Below are positions 62,301 to 64,000 of a DNA stretch of 64,000 nucleotides, piece after piece. The notes beneath the pieces are model-generated. The model did not search any database. It was not told where the DNA came from and worked only from the letters and a program-made list of their open reading frames with translations. The translations under genes were made by a program, and so were the position numbers. Within the stretch, counting starts at the first letter, position 1; each line of letters starts with the position of its first letter. The DNA is taken from the NCBI GenBank assembly GCA_038496445.1, contig JALMLS010000577.1:62001-126000 (forward strand), given 5' to 3'. This stretch comes from Trichosphaerium sp. ATCC 40318 (taxonomy: Eukaryota > Protista > Tubulinea).

Positions 62301-63658
62301 TGTACCCAAACTAGTGATGTGTGATAATGGTTTGGTGGTGGCCAGGCACTGTTTGCTTCATCAGGGGGCACCTCAGTCCACGTTCTTGTCGTCTAAGAAA
62401 GCTTGGTGTCAGTGAAAAAAAAAAAAAAAAGAATAATCCTTCATCTAAATTGTTTGCACGTCGCCACGCACCAAATGAAATTCCCAAAAGTCATTTAACA
62501 ATCCGTTCGCCCCTTTGCCGCCTTGTATGTACATTGATTCGCCATAAACTACAGCAGTGTGACCCCACCTAATTTGTTTGTTAGTCAGTGGGTAGGTAAG
62601 GTATGTATGTTCTTATTGAATACATATCAAATAATAAACAGTTAAAAAAAAACCCGTGCCGCGTGGCAGTCACGCAAAAAAATATGCTACAACACAAAAC
62701 AATATCTAGCTGCGTAATTGAACTGGTAATCACGTACCGTGGTTCAGGTGATGCACTTTGAACTGGATATTTTACTTTTCTCCACTGTTCAACCTCTACG
62801 CTTTGTGAGCATGCTGCAGGTTGAATGGAGGTTGCTATAACGCACTAATGTCGAATTCCAACATGTCACCAAGTGGCCCTTCCTTGCCCAAACCGCCAAA
62901 AACCCACATAGAATGCTACGTGAATAAGTATTTTACAATCGTTGGTGCGTCGCGTAGCCAGCATTATCAAAAAAAAAAAAAAGAAAAAGAGAATACTCAC
63001 CTTAAATACAATGGCTGTGTGAGAGTGACGAGCACTTGGTTGCATAGTTGCTCGTGGAGAATTATTTCTATGTACGAGCTGGGAGCGCGCTGTGGTGGCG
63101 TCAATTCGCTCAATATGCGTAGTGCAAGTACGTACCATTGTTCGCTTGCTGCTCACGGGTTTGATTTTTGATGAACCACTGTTGCGAAGCTAAAAACACT
63201 TAGAGTGGCGGCAAAAAACGACGTGAGCGCCACATATGGTAAAAGGAGGATAATTTAAGAAGAAAATAGTTAATTGGTACCAAATCGAAACAAGTGCAAA
63301 TCGTCTAGGTCCTTGCCGTCACATTGACCTGCATAACGTCAAACACGCAAACTAGAAAGAAATGCCAAATAAGATGACCAACTAACCTCCAAACACGTAT
63401 AGGGCACTAGACTTATACACGGCTGCAGAATGGAGTTGCCGCTTTTGGGGCGCTGCATCGCCATTTATTTTGAGCCACTGACCGTCGAACATTGACGTCA
63501 AATATTCATTGCATTCTTACTTGAACAGCTCTCCGTGTAATGTAGTGACAATCAAACGCACTGCGTCGCTTAGGGGCTCACTTAACAAACTGCCTTTTTT
63601 TTTTTGCTTTTTTTTATTTGCAATATCAACTAGTTTTACATTTCTTATTGTGTAACAT
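59392..63658 (-). CDS. Kelch-repeat plus PB1 plus STE11/MEKK-type MAP3K protein kinase
   Basis: Kelch exons (RQLHSAAVYKSSALYVFGG; PTPRRGACS...MYFGG; PESRYFHT). PB1-like IRVKFCYQDDIR...MQYKDED/GDTISI. Kinase WSQGPLVGRGAYGEVY, HRDIKCAN, DFG, GTPHW/MAPEVI, DIWSVGC.VIEMATG. The start is tentative. Confidence 0.85.
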
Positions 63659-63689
63659 GTCATCTCATCATTTTTTTTGAAATGTGATG

Positions 63690-64000
63690 TTACGTGGTAG
63701 AGTTTTTGGTGAGGCCCTCAGCGGAGGCCACGTTAAACAAAAATTTATCCATGTGTGGCGGCAATTTTCTTGATTGTCTAAAAAATGATTCGTATTAGAA
63801 ATCAAAACTTAGTGAATACTGCAGACGCACAGGTTTGCAAGCGTTACGTTCATGTTGCCATCTTCATCTTCCACTTTAAGCTTCTCCAGTCCCTAGCAGT
63901 TGTTACGGTGGGCTAGCGCCAAACAGAGCTGTGCGTGCATACCTTGAGAACATTTCTGGTGCGAATCGCCAAATCCTACGTCACAACTTAATCTCTGACA
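63690..64000 (-). CDS. DENND10: 3' end of a DENND10/FAM45-like gene (truncated by the window)
   Basis: Spliced DLAIRTRNVLK/GLEKLKVEDEDGNMNVTLANL/QSRKLPPHMDKFLFNVASAEGL resembles the FAM45A C-terminal motif L...K.PP..E.FL..LA.AE. Confidence 0.65.

Noticed and set aside
1-64000. Alternative genetic code, CRISPR array, transposase/RT or prokaryotic operon
   Set aside because: Stops within conserved genes are explained by introns, and genes end in TAA, TAG or TGA. I saw no repeat-spacer array, transposase or reverse-transcriptase motifs.

Overview
Eukaryotic nuclear DNA, AT-rich (roughly 36-38% GC by eye) and very gene-dense, with about 33 protein-coding genes. The genes are broken by many short (mostly ~35-100 nt) GT-AG introns and a few GC-AG introns; the standard genetic code fits. 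The gene families (AAC4-like, 7TM-TKL kinase, C2-arrestin, GflB-C-like) point to a free-living amoebozoan-type protist, which is an inference. Recognisable housekeeping genes are RPS13, ETF-QO, Sey1/RHD3, RPC17, archaemetzincin, a PPP phosphatase, an ICT1-like gene and the 3' end of DENND10. Four features stand out. (1) Two paralogous genes (~3.9-7.1 kb and ~30.1-33.0 kb) encode 6-7 tandem ~70-aa Trp-rich repeats fused to a PD-(D/E)xK/Vsr-DUF559-like nuclease domain, with mitochondrial-type N-termini and repeat-periodic introns. (2) An AAC4-like gene has ~800 nt open in two frames and a GCT-TGA-G junction resembling a +1 recoding site. (3) A glycosyltransferase-KR-mucin fusion gene. (4) An ICT1/ArfB-like gene reading GGT instead of GGQ. 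All exon models were assembled by eye, so boundaries are approximate. Homopolymer sequencing errors cannot be excluded.
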